IMG/VR virus record: IMGVR_UViG_3300043473_000258
Direction: 5' to 3' (one strand)
Origin: an uncultured virus (IMG/VR IMGVR_UViG_3300043473_000258)
Taxonomy: Duplodnaviria > Heunggongvirae > Uroviricota > Caudoviricetes
DNA length: 20,000 nucleotides
Position numbers and translations under genes: made by a program. Position 1 is the first letter of the stretch. Every line of letters starts with the position of its first letter. The notes below the pieces were generated by a model, which made no database searches, was not told the DNA's origin, and worked only from the letters and a program-made list of their open reading frames with translations. Below are positions 1 to 9,127 of this stretch, in pieces.

Positions 1-1400
1 CAGGGGAAAAAGCCCTTGCCGCCGTTGCTCTGCACCAGGGTCTTGAAGGACGGGTTGGTCGAATCATATCCTATAAGGCGCTCGTCCACCTTCCACTCGT
101 CGCGCCAGTCCTTCATGAATTGGAGGATCTGATACTCGACCGCGTCGTTGCCCTCGCCTGCCTTAATCGGGATGGGGATTTCCTTGAGGAATTCGATGAC
201 GAAAGTGCCGTCAACGTGGAAGCCGAAGCGGCCGGGCACGAACATGGCCTTGTCGCCGCCCTCGCTAAACGACGGGTCACACCCGGCGAAGGGGACCGGC
301 GTCGTCGCCCACTCGGCCTCGAGCATGGGCCGGTCGGCGCCGTACATCGTGAGCTCGGCCGGGTCGTAGCAGCCCACGTCACCCGTCCCGACCGGTGGTT
401 TGAAGGCGCGAATCTGCTCCCACCAGCCGGGCGAATCGTCCTCGCCCCGGTCGATGAAGCCCTGCACATGCTTCCAGTCCTGCAGGAAGGGGTAGAGATT
501 CTCCTGCACCAGGGGAAAGCGCAGGTGATGCAGCCAGTTGGGCGACTGGAGCCCGTCGAGGTGCACGCAGGCTCCGCGGGCGGTGCGCCAAAACTGGTCG
601 TCCGGTGAGATGGTGGCCCAGCCTTCCTCCGGCTCAACCAGGTCGGCGAAGGCGTTGTTGTCCTTGTAATTCGCCAGCGCGATGAGCTGCGCCTTCGGAT
701 TGCTCATCATGTTCTCGTAGAAAGTCGTGTAGATACCCGCGGCGACATCCGTTCCCTCGTCGATGATGAGGATGATGGTGCCGGGGTGCAGCCCGCCAAT
801 CTTGTAGCCCTTGATTTTGCCCGCGGCCTCGCGCTCCTTGTTGGCATTGCCGCTCACCAGCTTGATGCCAGCGGAGGGGGAGAATTTGAAGAGCCGGTTC
901 GGGTCGTAGGGGGCCAGGGAGTGGCTCGCCTTGTTCAGGCGGAAGCTCATCCGGCCCTCGATGGCGAAGAAGAAGTCCTGAATCTGGGCGTAGATGCGGC
1001 CCTGGGCAGCGCCCTCCACGTCGGTCGAGACCACGATGCACATGACCTCCCGCGGCCGGGCGAAGACATTGATGAGCGCCCAGATGGCGGAGAGCGCGGT
1101 CTTCGAGCTGGAGCCGTGGCCGGTCACACCCAGCACACGCTCCTTGCAATACTTCTTGAGCAACCGCTTCGCCTGCGGCGTCCACACGAACGGCTTGAGC
1201 GTGGAGTCCTCCGGCCAGAGAATCTTGGCCGCGTTGATGAAGTGCGCGGCGTCCCCGAGCAGGCCCTCGGGAAACTCTATCCCATCCAGCCGGGACTCCC
1301 GGCAGAGGCTGTACGCCGCCAGCTCATAGTCGAGCTGGGTGAGCCGGACATTGGAGCGCAGCTCGATCCCGTAGGTATCGAGGACGCCCGTGACGCTCAT
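1..1400 (-). CDS. terL: Phage terminase large subunit (3' end beyond window; not in ORF track)
   Basis: Manual translation from ATG 1400 (MSVTGVLDTYG...) is open to the window edge. Walker A-like VTGHGSSSKT (1098-1127), Walker B ILIIDE, coupling-motif-like IALAN, RNase H-like nuclease start AGCDPSFSEGGD, later IGYDST. ATGA overlap with upstream gene. Confidence 0.88.
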   Translation of the reverse strand, partial: MSVTGVLDTYGIELRSNVRLTQLDYELAAYSLCRESRLDGIEFPEGLLGDAAHFINAAKILWPEDSTLKPFVWTPQAKRLLKKYCKERVLGVTGHGSSSKTALSAIWALINVFARPREVMCIVVSTDVEGAAQGRIYAQIQDFFFAIEGRMSFRLNKASHSLAPYDPNRLFKFSPSAGIKLVSGNANKEREAAGKIKGYKIGGLHPGTIILIIDEGTDVAAGIYTTFYENMMSNPKAQLIALANYKDNNAFADLVEPEEGWATISPDDQFWRTARGACVHLDGLQSPNWLHHLRFPLVQENLYPFLQDWKHVQGFIDRGEDDSPGWWEQIRAFKPPVGTGDVGCYDPAELTMYGADRPMLEAEWATTPVPFAGCDPSFSEGGDKAMFVPGRFGFHVDGTFVIEFLKEIPIPIKAGEGNDAVEYQILQFMKDWRDEWKVDERLIGYDSTNPSFKTLVQSNGGKGFFP

Positions 1401-1594
1401 CGCCGCACCTTAACAGGCTTGGTCTTGTACTTCGAGCGGACAATTCCGTTCTGGCACGTCCGGCAGTAGTAATAAATCCCGGCCGGGCTCCGCGTGTAAC
1501 GGTGATACTCGATCTTCAACTTCCATTTCCCGCAGTGGGGACACAGCCAGACCTCGTTCCCGTCGATGATCCGCGGCTCTCGTTTGATAGGCAC
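1397..1594 (-). CDS. Small basic C4 zinc-finger protein (65 aa, GTG start)
   Basis: CPHC...CRTC, K/R-rich; stop overlaps terminase ATG; resembles Zn-ribbons found N-terminal to phage HNH/endonuclease VII proteins but has no nuclease domain. Confidence 0.65.
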   Translation of the reverse strand: MPIKREPRIIDGNEVWLCPHCGKWKLKIEYHRYTRSPAGIYYYCRTCQNGIVRSKYKTKPVKVRR

Positions 1595-1619
1595 CCTCGA
1601 AGGCTATCTTCGAGGATGC
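1591..1619 (-). promoter_or_regulatory. 12-bp mRNA hairpin sequestering the GTG start of the Zn-finger gene
   Basis: mRNA GCAUCCUCGAAG-AUAGC-CUUCGAGGGUGC; perfect core 1595-1602/1608-1615, with one G.U pair possible only on the minus strand. Confidence 0.5.
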
Positions 1620-1631
1620 ACTCTGGCAAGA

Positions 1632-2948
1632 CTACTTATGTTTGATGTCCATGCTTCGCGAGATGTTGCGGAATTCCATGGTCTCGCGCCAGAAGATGAC
1701 GTCGGGCTCAATCTCCGGGCCGTTGCGGTTCTTGCCCACCTTGAAGCGCATGATCCAATCGTCGTAGTCGCGCAGCTTGGCCGGATCCTGCACGCTATCG
1801 AGCAGGATGAGCCCGTCCACGTCGCCGAGCATGTCGTCAAACTCCTTCACCTGATTGACGTTGGCCCCCTTGGCAGCCTCCCGATTGAGGTGGGCCAGGG
1901 TGACAAAGCTCACGCGCTCGCTGGTCGTGAACGCCCGGATGAGCTTGCTCGCCTCGCCGAAAGCGATGCGCGGCTCCTTGCCCTTGGGCACGGCGAGGGT
2001 CTGAATGTGGTCGAGCCAGAAACTTTTGCAGCCGAAGCGCCGGGCGTCACGCCGGGCGATGGCGACGAGCTGCTCGCCGGACAGGCGGGGCAGGGAATGC
2101 AGGCGCAGCTTGCTTTTGCGCAGGGCTTCGAGCGCCTCTTTGACCTCCTCGGTCTCCTGCTTGTCGACGTTGCCCTGGTCGAGCTTGAATTTGCTGACGC
2201 CAGCGATGCGGCAGGCCATTCGCATGAGCACCTGATTGGGCGCCATGTCCTGGCTGAAGATGCACACCGGCAGGTCATCGCGCAGGAGCTTCGTGGCCAC
2301 CTGCTCCATCATGGCGCTCTTGCCCTTGCCTGGCCGGGCGGCCAGCCCGATGTACATGCCGGGAACGATGCCGCCGAGCGTGTAATCCCAGCAGTCGAGG
2401 CCGGTCGGCACGCCGGGGCGCTTCACGCCGCTCTCGATCTGCTTGATGCGGAACATGGCCTCCTCGAAACTCTTCTCAAGCTGGTCCTCGACCACGGCCG
2501 AGGGGTCCAGCTCGGCGATGCGGGCGCTCATCGTGGTGATGAGCTCCTCCACCTCCGCGCCTTCCATCATGGCAACCTCGGCGTCCTGAATGAGCAGGCG
2601 CAGCTTCCGCTTGGCGTGGGCCCTTTTCAGGATGCCCATGAAATGGGACGGCGTGCCCGGCTCGTTGAATTGCAGGCCGCTGATAGCGGCGGGGCCGCCG
2701 ACGCCCGCGAGCTGGTCCTTGTCCTCCAGCAACTGGGTCAGCGCCCGGAATTCTACCTTCACGCCCTTGTCGAAAAGCGTCTTGCAGGCCCAGAAGATCG
2801 TGAGGTGCGGCGGCGTAAAGAACAGGTCGGCGCAAATCTCGGGGTCGGTCAGCGCCTCGCCCGCCGAGGATACTATAAGACAAAGGACGGCCTTCTCGGC
2901 CTCGGGCTCCGCCAGCCCCTTGTCGATGGCTCCGGCCATGCGCTTCAT
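1632..2948 (-). CDS. dnaB: DnaB-like replicative helicase (divergent), 438 aa
   Basis: N-terminal EAEKAVL...FFTPPHLTIF; H1 LAARPGKGKS, H1a IFSQDM, H2 LDHIQTL, H3 LAHLNR, C-terminal KNRNGP. Start set at ATG 2948 (ATGA overlap). Confidence 0.9.
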   Translation of the reverse strand: MKRMAGAIDKGLAEPEAEKAVLCLIVSSAGEALTDPEICADLFFTPPHLTIFWACKTLFDKGVKVEFRALTQLLEDKDQLAGVGGPAAISGLQFNEPGTPSHFMGILKRAHAKRKLRLLIQDAEVAMMEGAEVEELITTMSARIAELDPSAVVEDQLEKSFEEAMFRIKQIESGVKRPGVPTGLDCWDYTLGGIVPGMYIGLAARPGKGKSAMMEQVATKLLRDDLPVCIFSQDMAPNQVLMRMACRIAGVSKFKLDQGNVDKQETEEVKEALEALRKSKLRLHSLPRLSGEQLVAIARRDARRFGCKSFWLDHIQTLAVPKGKEPRIAFGEASKLIRAFTTSERVSFVTLAHLNREAAKGANVNQVKEFDDMLGDVDGLILLDSVQDPAKLRDYDDWIMRFKVGKNRNGPEIEPDVIFWRETMEFRNISRSMDIKHK

Positions 2949-3211
2949 TGCCACCCCTTCAGCTCGATTTCGTGGAGGATGTCGCACTGACGGCAGAAGT
3001 CCCTCCACCGGTCGAGATAGTGCTCCTCAAAGAAGGCGACGGCCGCACGGTAGTCGGCGGCGTTCTTTTTCTTCGGGTCCTTGCAGGTCTGGCGCTGGTT
3101 GCAGGTCTGCTCGAGGTCCACGTTGAAGCGGGTCGCCCGGTCGTGGGCCGCGGCCATGAGCTTTTCGCGGGCCTTCTTCAGGTTCTCGCGCTGCATGTCG
3201 AGGAGCGTCAT
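2945..3211 (-). CDS. Hypothetical protein, 88 aa
   Basis: ATGA-coupled on both sides. Confidence 0.75.
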   Translation of the reverse strand: MTLLDMQRENLKKAREKLMAAAHDRATRFNVDLEQTCNQRQTCKDPKKKNAADYRAAVAFFEEHYLDRWRDFCRQCDILHEIELKGWQ

Positions 3212-3636
3212 TCGGCCCTCCGTTTCTCTATCTTCGCCTCCGAGGTGAAAATGCGGGCGGTCGGCTGCCAGTTGATGCCGTAGAAGGCGAGCATCTTGAC
3301 CAGGGTGCCATCGGTGGCGACCGAGGAGCCACGCTCAATGCGCACCATGCTCACGCGATGGCGGCCGATGGCGGCGGAGAGCACCTCGATGGAGATGTTC
3401 CCAGCCAGGCGCCGGGCTTTGAGGTGCTGGACAATCTTGTGCCGCAGCTTGGTCCCGGTCTCCGCCTGAATCTGGGCCTGCAGCTCGGCCTTCTTCATCT
3501 GGTCGAGGAGCATGGCAAGCTCGCCCTCCGGCCGCTTGAGCGGCAGCGGCGGCTTGTAGCGAACGGCCTCACCGAGGCGGGCTTTGCCTGCGCGTTCGCG
3601 CTTCTTGGCGCGGCGTTGGGTCTTGATCTTTTGCAT
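3208..3636 (-). CDS. XRE/Cro-C1 family HTH protein with basic N-terminus
   Basis: LKARRLAGNISIEVLSAAIGRHRVSMVRIERGSSVATDGTLVKMLAFYGI matches the XRE HTH pattern. Confidence 0.8.
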   Translation of the reverse strand: MQKIKTQRRAKKRERAGKARLGEAVRYKPPLPLKRPEGELAMLLDQMKKAELQAQIQAETGTKLRHKIVQHLKARRLAGNISIEVLSAAIGRHRVSMVRIERGSSVATDGTLVKMLAFYGINWQPTARIFTSEAKIEKRRAE

Positions 3637-3838
3637 GGGATTTAATGTAGGTGATGGCTTTTCGAATGTGACGGCAGTGGGCGCCGACTCCCGGCGCTCG
3701 CGTCTCGCCGTGGCGGCACGAGCACCGGGGTTGCTTGAGGTTGGCGAGGTCCACCAGGTAGAAGCAGCCGGGCACCCGGCAGCTCTGCACTAGGAACGTC
3801 GCCGCCCCCTGCGGGATGACTTCAGCGTCGGTTTCCAT
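3569..3838 (-). CDS. SWIM-type zinc-finger protein, 89 aa
   Basis: From ATG 3838 (METDAEV...): YLVDL...CSC-x13-CRH; overlaps the helicase stop and the HTH gene start. Confidence 0.7.
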   Translation of the reverse strand: METDAEVIPQGAATFLVQSCRVPGCFYLVDLANLKQPRCSCRHGETRAPGVGAHCRHIRKAITYIKSHAKDQDPTPRQEARTRRQSPPR

Positions 3839-5405
3839 ACAGGTCGGAGAGCATCCGGCTGGCCTCGTCGATGCGAAGCTCATTCGGATCCACATGGTAG
3901 CCCGCCCGCTGGAGGGCCCGCACCTGCTTGAAGGTCGCCAGCTTCCGCTTGATGCGGTCGAAGCAATACTGAAGCACCTTGCTGGCGTGGCCCTTGTCGC
4001 GGATGAGGCGGACGTCGAAGCCAAACTTGAAGAGGGTATCAATCTGCACCTTGCTGGGCTTCGCCTCCTCCCACTGGAACGTGGGCTCGTAGTCGATGGC
4101 CTCCTCCCAGAGGTGGTTCTTTTCCAGACCCAGGGCGAGCAGCGCCCGGAAGTCCATGAGGTTTGCCTTCTTCGACTCATTGGCGCGGAGCGCGTCGGCC
4201 AGCTTCTTGTGCCGGTCGGCGACGACCATCGCGTGAACGTCGGCGAGGTCCAGCTCGTCGCCCGAGCGCAGGCGCTTGGACAACTCGGCCGCGTCTTCAT
4301 CCTTCGCGGCGAAGAGCATGGCCGGGGTCATGAGCTCCTCGATGTCCGGCGTCTGCCAGAGCGGGTCGAGGACCAGCAAGTCGTCGTGCGGCGAGCCTTC
4401 GGGTTTCAGCCGGGTGCCCCGGCCGAGGATTTGCGTAATCATGATGCGGCTCTTCGTCGGCCGGAGGTTCACGATGCCGGTGATGCTGGGCTCGTCGTAA
4501 CCGGTGGTGACCAAGAGCGAGTTGCACATGGCGGCGACCTTGCCGTCCTTGAACCGGCGCAGGATGTCGGCCCGGTCTTCGCTCTTGCCATCGACGTGCT
4601 CGGCGTGGATGCCGTGGGCGTTGAGGATGGAGGTGAATTTCTTCGAGGTGTGAATGAGCGGCAGGAAGCACAGCCAGCGGCGGCCGGGGTGCGCCTTCAT
4701 GGCCTCGGCGACGGCGACAAAGTAGGGCTCAATGGCGACCTCAATATCCTCGTCGATGAAGTCGCCCGCGGCGGAGCGAACGGCGGAGATGTCGATCTTA
4801 ATGGGCACCGTCTGCACCTTGATATTGCAGAGGTAACCGTCCTCGATGAGGGACGCGATGGTCTTCTCGTAGGCGATGGTCTCGTAGACTTTCGAGAGCG
4901 CCCGCTTGCCCTTGGTGTGGGGCGTGGCCGTGAAGCCCAGCAGCATTGCGCCCTCCGGCCCGCAGAAGTAATCGAGCACCTCGATAATCTTCGGGGTGGC
5001 GAAGAGGTGGGCTTCGTCCACGATGACGAGGCTCGGCCAGTCGGCCGGGTACTTGGCCAGCCGCTTTTGCAGCGTCTGAATCGTGGCGATGATGATGGGC
5101 GAGTCCAGGTCGGCGTGCTCATGGGCCCGCTCGATGCCCGAGAAGATGCCGGTGACGGCGAGAATCTTGTCGCGGGCCTGCTGCAGCAGCTCCTCCCGGT
5201 TGACGAGGATGAGGACCTTGCCCTGGGCCCGGCCGAAGGCGCCCCGGCGTTTGAGGCAGTCTTCGGAGAGCTTGGCGAATAGGATGGTCTTGCCGCTTCC
5301 CGTGGCCATGACGGTCAGGGCCCGGTTAAACTCGGCAAGGGTGGTGTGAATGGCTTCGGCCGCATCGGACTGATACGGGCGCATTTTGTACGGATGATTA
5401 TTCAT
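3822..5405 (-). CDS. Superfamily 2 DExH helicase (phage Irc3/ResIII-like), 527 aa
   Basis: RPYQ (Q motif), MATGSGKT, IVDEAH, TATP, TTGYDEP, QILGRGTR. Start ATG 5405 follows an AC-rich leader. Confidence 0.92.
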   Translation of the reverse strand: MNNHPYKMRPYQSDAAEAIHTTLAEFNRALTVMATGSGKTILFAKLSEDCLKRRGAFGRAQGKVLILVNREELLQQARDKILAVTGIFSGIERAHEHADLDSPIIIATIQTLQKRLAKYPADWPSLVIVDEAHLFATPKIIEVLDYFCGPEGAMLLGFTATPHTKGKRALSKVYETIAYEKTIASLIEDGYLCNIKVQTVPIKIDISAVRSAAGDFIDEDIEVAIEPYFVAVAEAMKAHPGRRWLCFLPLIHTSKKFTSILNAHGIHAEHVDGKSEDRADILRRFKDGKVAAMCNSLLVTTGYDEPSITGIVNLRPTKSRIMITQILGRGTRLKPEGSPHDDLLVLDPLWQTPDIEELMTPAMLFAAKDEDAAELSKRLRSGDELDLADVHAMVVADRHKKLADALRANESKKANLMDFRALLALGLEKNHLWEEAIDYEPTFQWEEAKPSKVQIDTLFKFGFDVRLIRDKGHASKVLQYCFDRIKRKLATFKQVRALQRAGYHVDPNELRIDEASRMLSDLYGNRR

Positions 5406-5463
5406 AGGACTGAGGTGGTTGCTTGGAGACTCCGAGGTCGGAGCGGTTGGTTGACTGAAAAGC

Positions 5464-5931
5464 TCAAGCTGGTTCGGCCGCGGGCGGCGGGACGTCCGGC
5501 AGGTTCTGCGGGAGGGCTTCATTGTTGGCGGTCATCTCTGCGTTGAAGGTCTTCAGCCAGAGCATGGGCGTGAGCATCTGCGATGCCTGGAGGGCGACGG
5601 GGTCGCGTCCGGCCGAGCAGATGGCGGGGTTGATTCCGCTGCCGGTCATCATGAAGTCGTCGGTTTTCGTCCCGTCCGGCAGCACGATGTCCTTGCGCCA
5701 CTCGACGCAGGGAATGATGAACTGGAGGAAGAAACCTTGGATGCCCATGACGGCGAGGACCTGCTTGACGCCGGAGATGACGGCCTCGGCGTGTTTGCTC
5801 GCGTCGGCCGGGGTGAACGCCGTGCCGGTGGGCGCGACGTTGGGGTCTTTTCTCGACTGAGGGACCCGGACGGCTTTGCTGTTGCTGCCGGGAATGTGGA
5901 TGCGCTTTCTGCGGTTGTGTTTGTTCGACAT
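5464..5931 (-). CDS. Hypothetical protein, 155 aa
   Basis: ATG 3 nt after the upstream stop; fills the gap in the operon. Confidence 0.75.
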   Translation of the reverse strand: MSNKHNRRKRIHIPGSNSKAVRVPQSRKDPNVAPTGTAFTPADASKHAEAVISGVKQVLAVMGIQGFFLQFIIPCVEWRKDIVLPDGTKTDDFMMTGSGINPAICSAGRDPVALQASQMLTPMLWLKTFNAEMTANNEALPQNLPDVPPPAAEPA

Positions 5932-5934
5932 AAA

Positions 5935-6828
5935 TCAGATGACGTCCTCCTCGGGCTCTTCGACTCCGTTGGATGGGCCCGCGGTGACGAGCTCGTTGGG
6001 CTGCGTCTCGCGCAGCAGGGTGATGTCCACGCGGATCGTGTCGTCGTAGAACATCCACTCCTGGGAGATGCCGACCATCATGGCGTAGTGCAGGAATTCC
6101 TTCATGCGGGCCTGGGGATCGCTCGGCCGCTTGGCCAAGTGATTGAGCGCCTCGCGAAGGGTGAAGTCGGTGCTCAAAAAGAACGGGGCCAAGCGGAGCT
6201 GCTGCTCGCAGGGGAATTCCGAAAAGCGAATCAGCTCGTCCTCCGGCTTCTTGATGGAGCCCTGGAGGATGCCCTCCTTGGCTCGGATGTTACACTCGCC
6301 GATGCGCTCGATGGCTTCGAGCAGCTCGGGGGAAAATTCCGGCTTCGTCTTCTTGTCCGCCTTGGCCTTCGCCTTCTCGATCTTCCGGTCGGAGATTGCG
6401 CGGTCGATGGTGCTCACGGAAACCCCCAGCATTTCCGCCAGCTCGGGCAGCTTGAAGTCGTCCCGCTTCGGGTGGTCGAGCGCCCGGTAGATGGCCGCCT
6501 TGCGCTCCTCGCGGGAAAGCGGGAGCCCGTGCCGGACGTTGGCGAAGAGCGCGAACCATTCGGCGTCCGCCTTGCTGCCCTCGTGCACGTTGCAGGGCAC
6601 GCGCTTGCGGCCGCTGACGTCGTAGGCTTGATGCCTGGTGAAGCCATCGGCGACGATGATCGTGCCCGTTTTCGGGTCGCGGAAGACGTCGAGCGGGGGA
6701 AACTCGAAGGCCGGATTCTCTTCGAGGAGGGAGACGAAATCGCCGACGCGCTCGGCGTCGATGACTTCACGCGGCTGAACGGTGGTGAACACCTTGATCT
6801 TACCAACAGGGATTGATTCGATATTCAT
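5935..6828 (-). CDS. ParB/Sulfiredoxin-like N-terminal domain plus HTH protein
   Basis: QPR...FPPLDV...IVADGFTRHQA...ANVRHGLPLSREERK, then HTH ELAEMLGVSVSTIDRA. Confidence 0.8.
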   Translation of the reverse strand: MNIESIPVGKIKVFTTVQPREVIDAERVGDFVSLLEENPAFEFPPLDVFRDPKTGTIIVADGFTRHQAYDVSGRKRVPCNVHEGSKADAEWFALFANVRHGLPLSREERKAAIYRALDHPKRDDFKLPELAEMLGVSVSTIDRAISDRKIEKAKAKADKKTKPEFSPELLEAIERIGECNIRAKEGILQGSIKKPEDELIRFSEFPCEQQLRLAPFFLSTDFTLREALNHLAKRPSDPQARMKEFLHYAMMVGISQEWMFYDDTIRVDITLLRETQPNELVTAGPSNGVEEPEEDVI

Positions 6829-6858
6829 AGGCTGGAGTGGGTTGACCGAAGGAAATTA

Positions 6859-6929
6859 GCCGTCTTCTGCATGGCCCCGGACGGCGCAGGGCGAAACGAG
6901 GTGAATGGACGAAAACCTCCCATGCAAAA
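6859..6929 (-). other. Candidate structured intergenic RNA (3-way junction with possible pseudoknot)
   Basis: Pairings 6865-6874/6920-6929, 6898-6902/6915-6919, 6875-6878/6888-6891 and 6859-6864/6880-6885. Confidence 0.4.
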
Positions 6930-7454
6930 CTACTTCAGGCGGACGTGCGACCCGAGGGTCACCGTGATTTCCTTGGGGATTTCAGTGCCAAGGGCCTGCG
7001 CGTCGATAACCGCCTGCCGGTTGAGCAGGTAATCGACTTTCGTGCGCGTCTCGAACCAGCCTTCCGGCAACTGTTCGATCGGCACGCTGCTCTCGATGGA
7101 GGGGGCGCTGTTCTGCTGAACGCGGATGTTGCCACCCGTGGGAAACTCCACCTTCTTGAGGCCGGAGAGCTGGAGGAGCGACAGAGCCGCCCCCTTGAGC
7201 ATCTCGACCGAGCGGTCGGTGGACTTCTTCATTGCATCGAGTCGGCCAATCTCCGCCTTGATGGCGTCTTGCTTGGCCTCCTCGTTGATGATGGCGTTGC
7301 GCAGCTCGAGGAAACGACCGGTCTGGTCGGTCTCCAGCTTGCCAATGCGGTCGACCAGCTCTGCGAGCTGAATCGGATTATCCGCATCGTCGATGCGGTC
7401 GAGCAGGGCCCCGAGGCCCTGGTGGATTTGATACAGTGCGAATGGTGCTTTCAC
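6930..7454 (-). CDS. Siphovirus Gp157-like protein
   Basis: Coiled-coil N-terminus, NIRVQQNSAPSI...LPEGWF...NRQAVIDA...GTEIP...VRLK C-terminus; GTGA overlap with bet, a usual neighbour. Confidence 0.8.
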   Translation of the reverse strand: MKAPFALYQIHQGLGALLDRIDDADNPIQLAELVDRIGKLETDQTGRFLELRNAIINEEAKQDAIKAEIGRLDAMKKSTDRSVEMLKGAALSLLQLSGLKKVEFPTGGNIRVQQNSAPSIESSVPIEQLPEGWFETRTKVDYLLNRQAVIDAQALGTEIPKEITVTLGSHVRLK

Positions 7455-8620
7455 AGTCCTGGGATGTTGTCGTTGGCTGGGTCGTTGAAGGCGACAAGCG
7501 CCTTGGCTCCGGCGAGGCAGCGGGCGGCAAGCTCACGCTTCCCCCGCTTTTCACCTTGCTCGATGTAACTCTGGCCGAGGTCGACCAGCTTCTGCAGTTG
7601 CTCCGGCTTCAGCTCCTTGAGCGTCTTGCCGCCGAGCGTGGGCAGGTCGCGCAGCTTGTCGGCCTCCCACTGGTCTTTCGGAATGGTGATGGGCTCCTCA
7701 GGGAACCCGGCGCCGTCGTTGTCGCTCTCCGCGGGTGGCGGGTTGTGACGCATCGGGTCATCCGGGGTCGGCGCAGGCGAGAGCTTGCCCGGCTTCTTGC
7801 GCAGGCGCCCACCGAGGGCGTTGCTGTTGGCCAGTCCGCCGCGTGGCGGGGTGACCGGCTCCTCGGGGTCGCCAGTGGCCCTGTCGCGCTCCTCACCCTC
7901 GTCGGCCGGGTCCGGGTAGACGTTGCCGTCATCCGCTCCCTTGACCTGCTGGCGGGGCGCGTGGGCGCTCTGCTCACCCTTGGCGGCGTCGGGTAGACGC
8001 TCGGGCTTGCGCTCGTCGGTCGGGTCGACCGGGGGCGGGGCCTGATCCATCTCCTCCGAGATGTAGAGGCTGCCCAGCTCCTGGGGAAATGCCTTGCGCA
8101 GGGCTTGAGCCTCCGCGCACTTGGCAATCATGAGCGCGAACATCTTCGGCCAGAGGCCGGAGAGATTCCCGTCGTCGTAGGTCGGCGCGAAGGCGTCGAA
8201 GTTGGCCACGCCGAAGGTGGGCTCGCGGAAGCCCGTGCGCCACGCGCCAACCTTGGCGGCGGCCGGGTAGGTCTTCGGCAGCCAGACGTCCTTCCAGACG
8301 CCATCCGCCCCGCACCAGTAGGGGCCCTGCTGGCCTCCATATTCGCCGGAGCGTTGGGCGACCAGCCGGAAGCCGTCGATCGAGGTGACGACCGTCAGCC
8401 GGAGGCCGCCGACCTTCTTGCCCTTCGAGTCCATCATGTTCTTGTCCCAGCGGAGCTGCCCGTAAATCTGGCGGCTGAGTGGGTCGAGCCCAGAGCGATT
8501 GCACTGGTGCACAAATAAGGCCACGTTCTGCTCGGACCAGCCGAGGCAGTGGGTCTGCTTCAGGAGGGTGATTTCCTCCTCTGTCATGTGTTCGCGCCGG
8601 AGCGCGGGGGTATCAGTCAT
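7451..8620 (-). CDS. bet: Phage ssDNA annealing protein Bet (Red-beta/RecT family)
   Basis: GLDPLSRQIY, TSIDGFRLVAQRSGEYGG, WPKM..LMIAKCAEAQALRKAFP, LYISEEM; long Pro/acidic linker. Confidence 0.93.
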   Translation of the reverse strand: MTDTPALRREHMTEEEITLLKQTHCLGWSEQNVALFVHQCNRSGLDPLSRQIYGQLRWDKNMMDSKGKKVGGLRLTVVTSIDGFRLVAQRSGEYGGQQGPYWCGADGVWKDVWLPKTYPAAAKVGAWRTGFREPTFGVANFDAFAPTYDDGNLSGLWPKMFALMIAKCAEAQALRKAFPQELGSLYISEEMDQAPPPVDPTDERKPERLPDAAKGEQSAHAPRQQVKGADDGNVYPDPADEGEERDRATGDPEEPVTPPRGGLANSNALGGRLRKKPGKLSPAPTPDDPMRHNPPPAESDNDGAGFPEEPITIPKDQWEADKLRDLPTLGGKTLKELKPEQLQKLVDLGQSYIEQGEKRGKRELAARCLAGAKALVAFNDPANDNIPGL

Positions 8621-8644
8621 GTTTTGTTTCTTCGGGATGGAACA

Positions 8645-8875
8645 TCAGGCGGCGGCTGCCTCCTCTTCGGGCTCCGCCTTCTCGACCTTGGGCGGGTCGA
8701 GCTCGTCGAGGTAGGCGCGGGCGTTGGCCCAGTTGCCATAGGCGACGGCCATGACGATTTTGAGCTTCAGGTCGCGCTCGTGGCTGATTTTGATTTCGAC
8801 GCGCATCATTTTAGTGACTTCCTCGAAGACTTCCGGGGTCATCGAGGTCGGGAATGGTCTAACGTATCTGGCCAT
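8645..8875 (-). CDS. Hypothetical protein, 76 aa
   Basis: ATG 8875 (MARYVRPF...) preceded by leader TCAGTCAACCAACAACAGAAAGCCCAGCCACT. Confidence 0.7.
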   Translation of the reverse strand: MARYVRPFPTSMTPEVFEEVTKMMRVEIKISHERDLKLKIVMAVAYGNWANARAYLDELDPPKVEKAEPEEEAAAA

Positions 8876-8909
8876 AGTGGCTGGGCTTTCTGTTGTTGGT
8901 TGACTGACT

Positions 8910-9119
8910 CTATTGGTGAATGTTGGCGCGGGGCACCTCGACGCCGCACTCGGCGGCCTCAAGGGGTGGCGGCCAGACCCACTCGAAGGCGCGGCCGGTG
9001 CCATTGCACCGCTCGCAGTCTTCGCGCACACAGTCCCCGTCGAGGAAATATCCCCAGACGAGGCCGGAGCCATCGCAACGCGAACAGGCTTGTTCGGCGT
9101 AGATTTTCAGGGCTGACAT
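8910..9119 (-). CDS. Small DnaJ-type (CxxCxGxG x2) zinc-finger protein, 69 aa
   Basis: CSRCDGSG...CERCNGTG; ATG 9119. Confidence 0.7.
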   Translation of the reverse strand: MSALKIYAEQACSRCDGSGLVWGYFLDGDCVREDCERCNGTGRAFEWVWPPPLEAAECGVEVPRANIHQ

Positions 9120-9127
9120 GGCTTGAT

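Noticed and set aside
6885..6925. Resemblance of CAGGGCGAAAC...GGACGAAAACCTCC to a c-di-GMP-I riboswitch
   Set aside because: It is antisense to the flanking genes and lacks the GNRA-capped stem and second hairpin.
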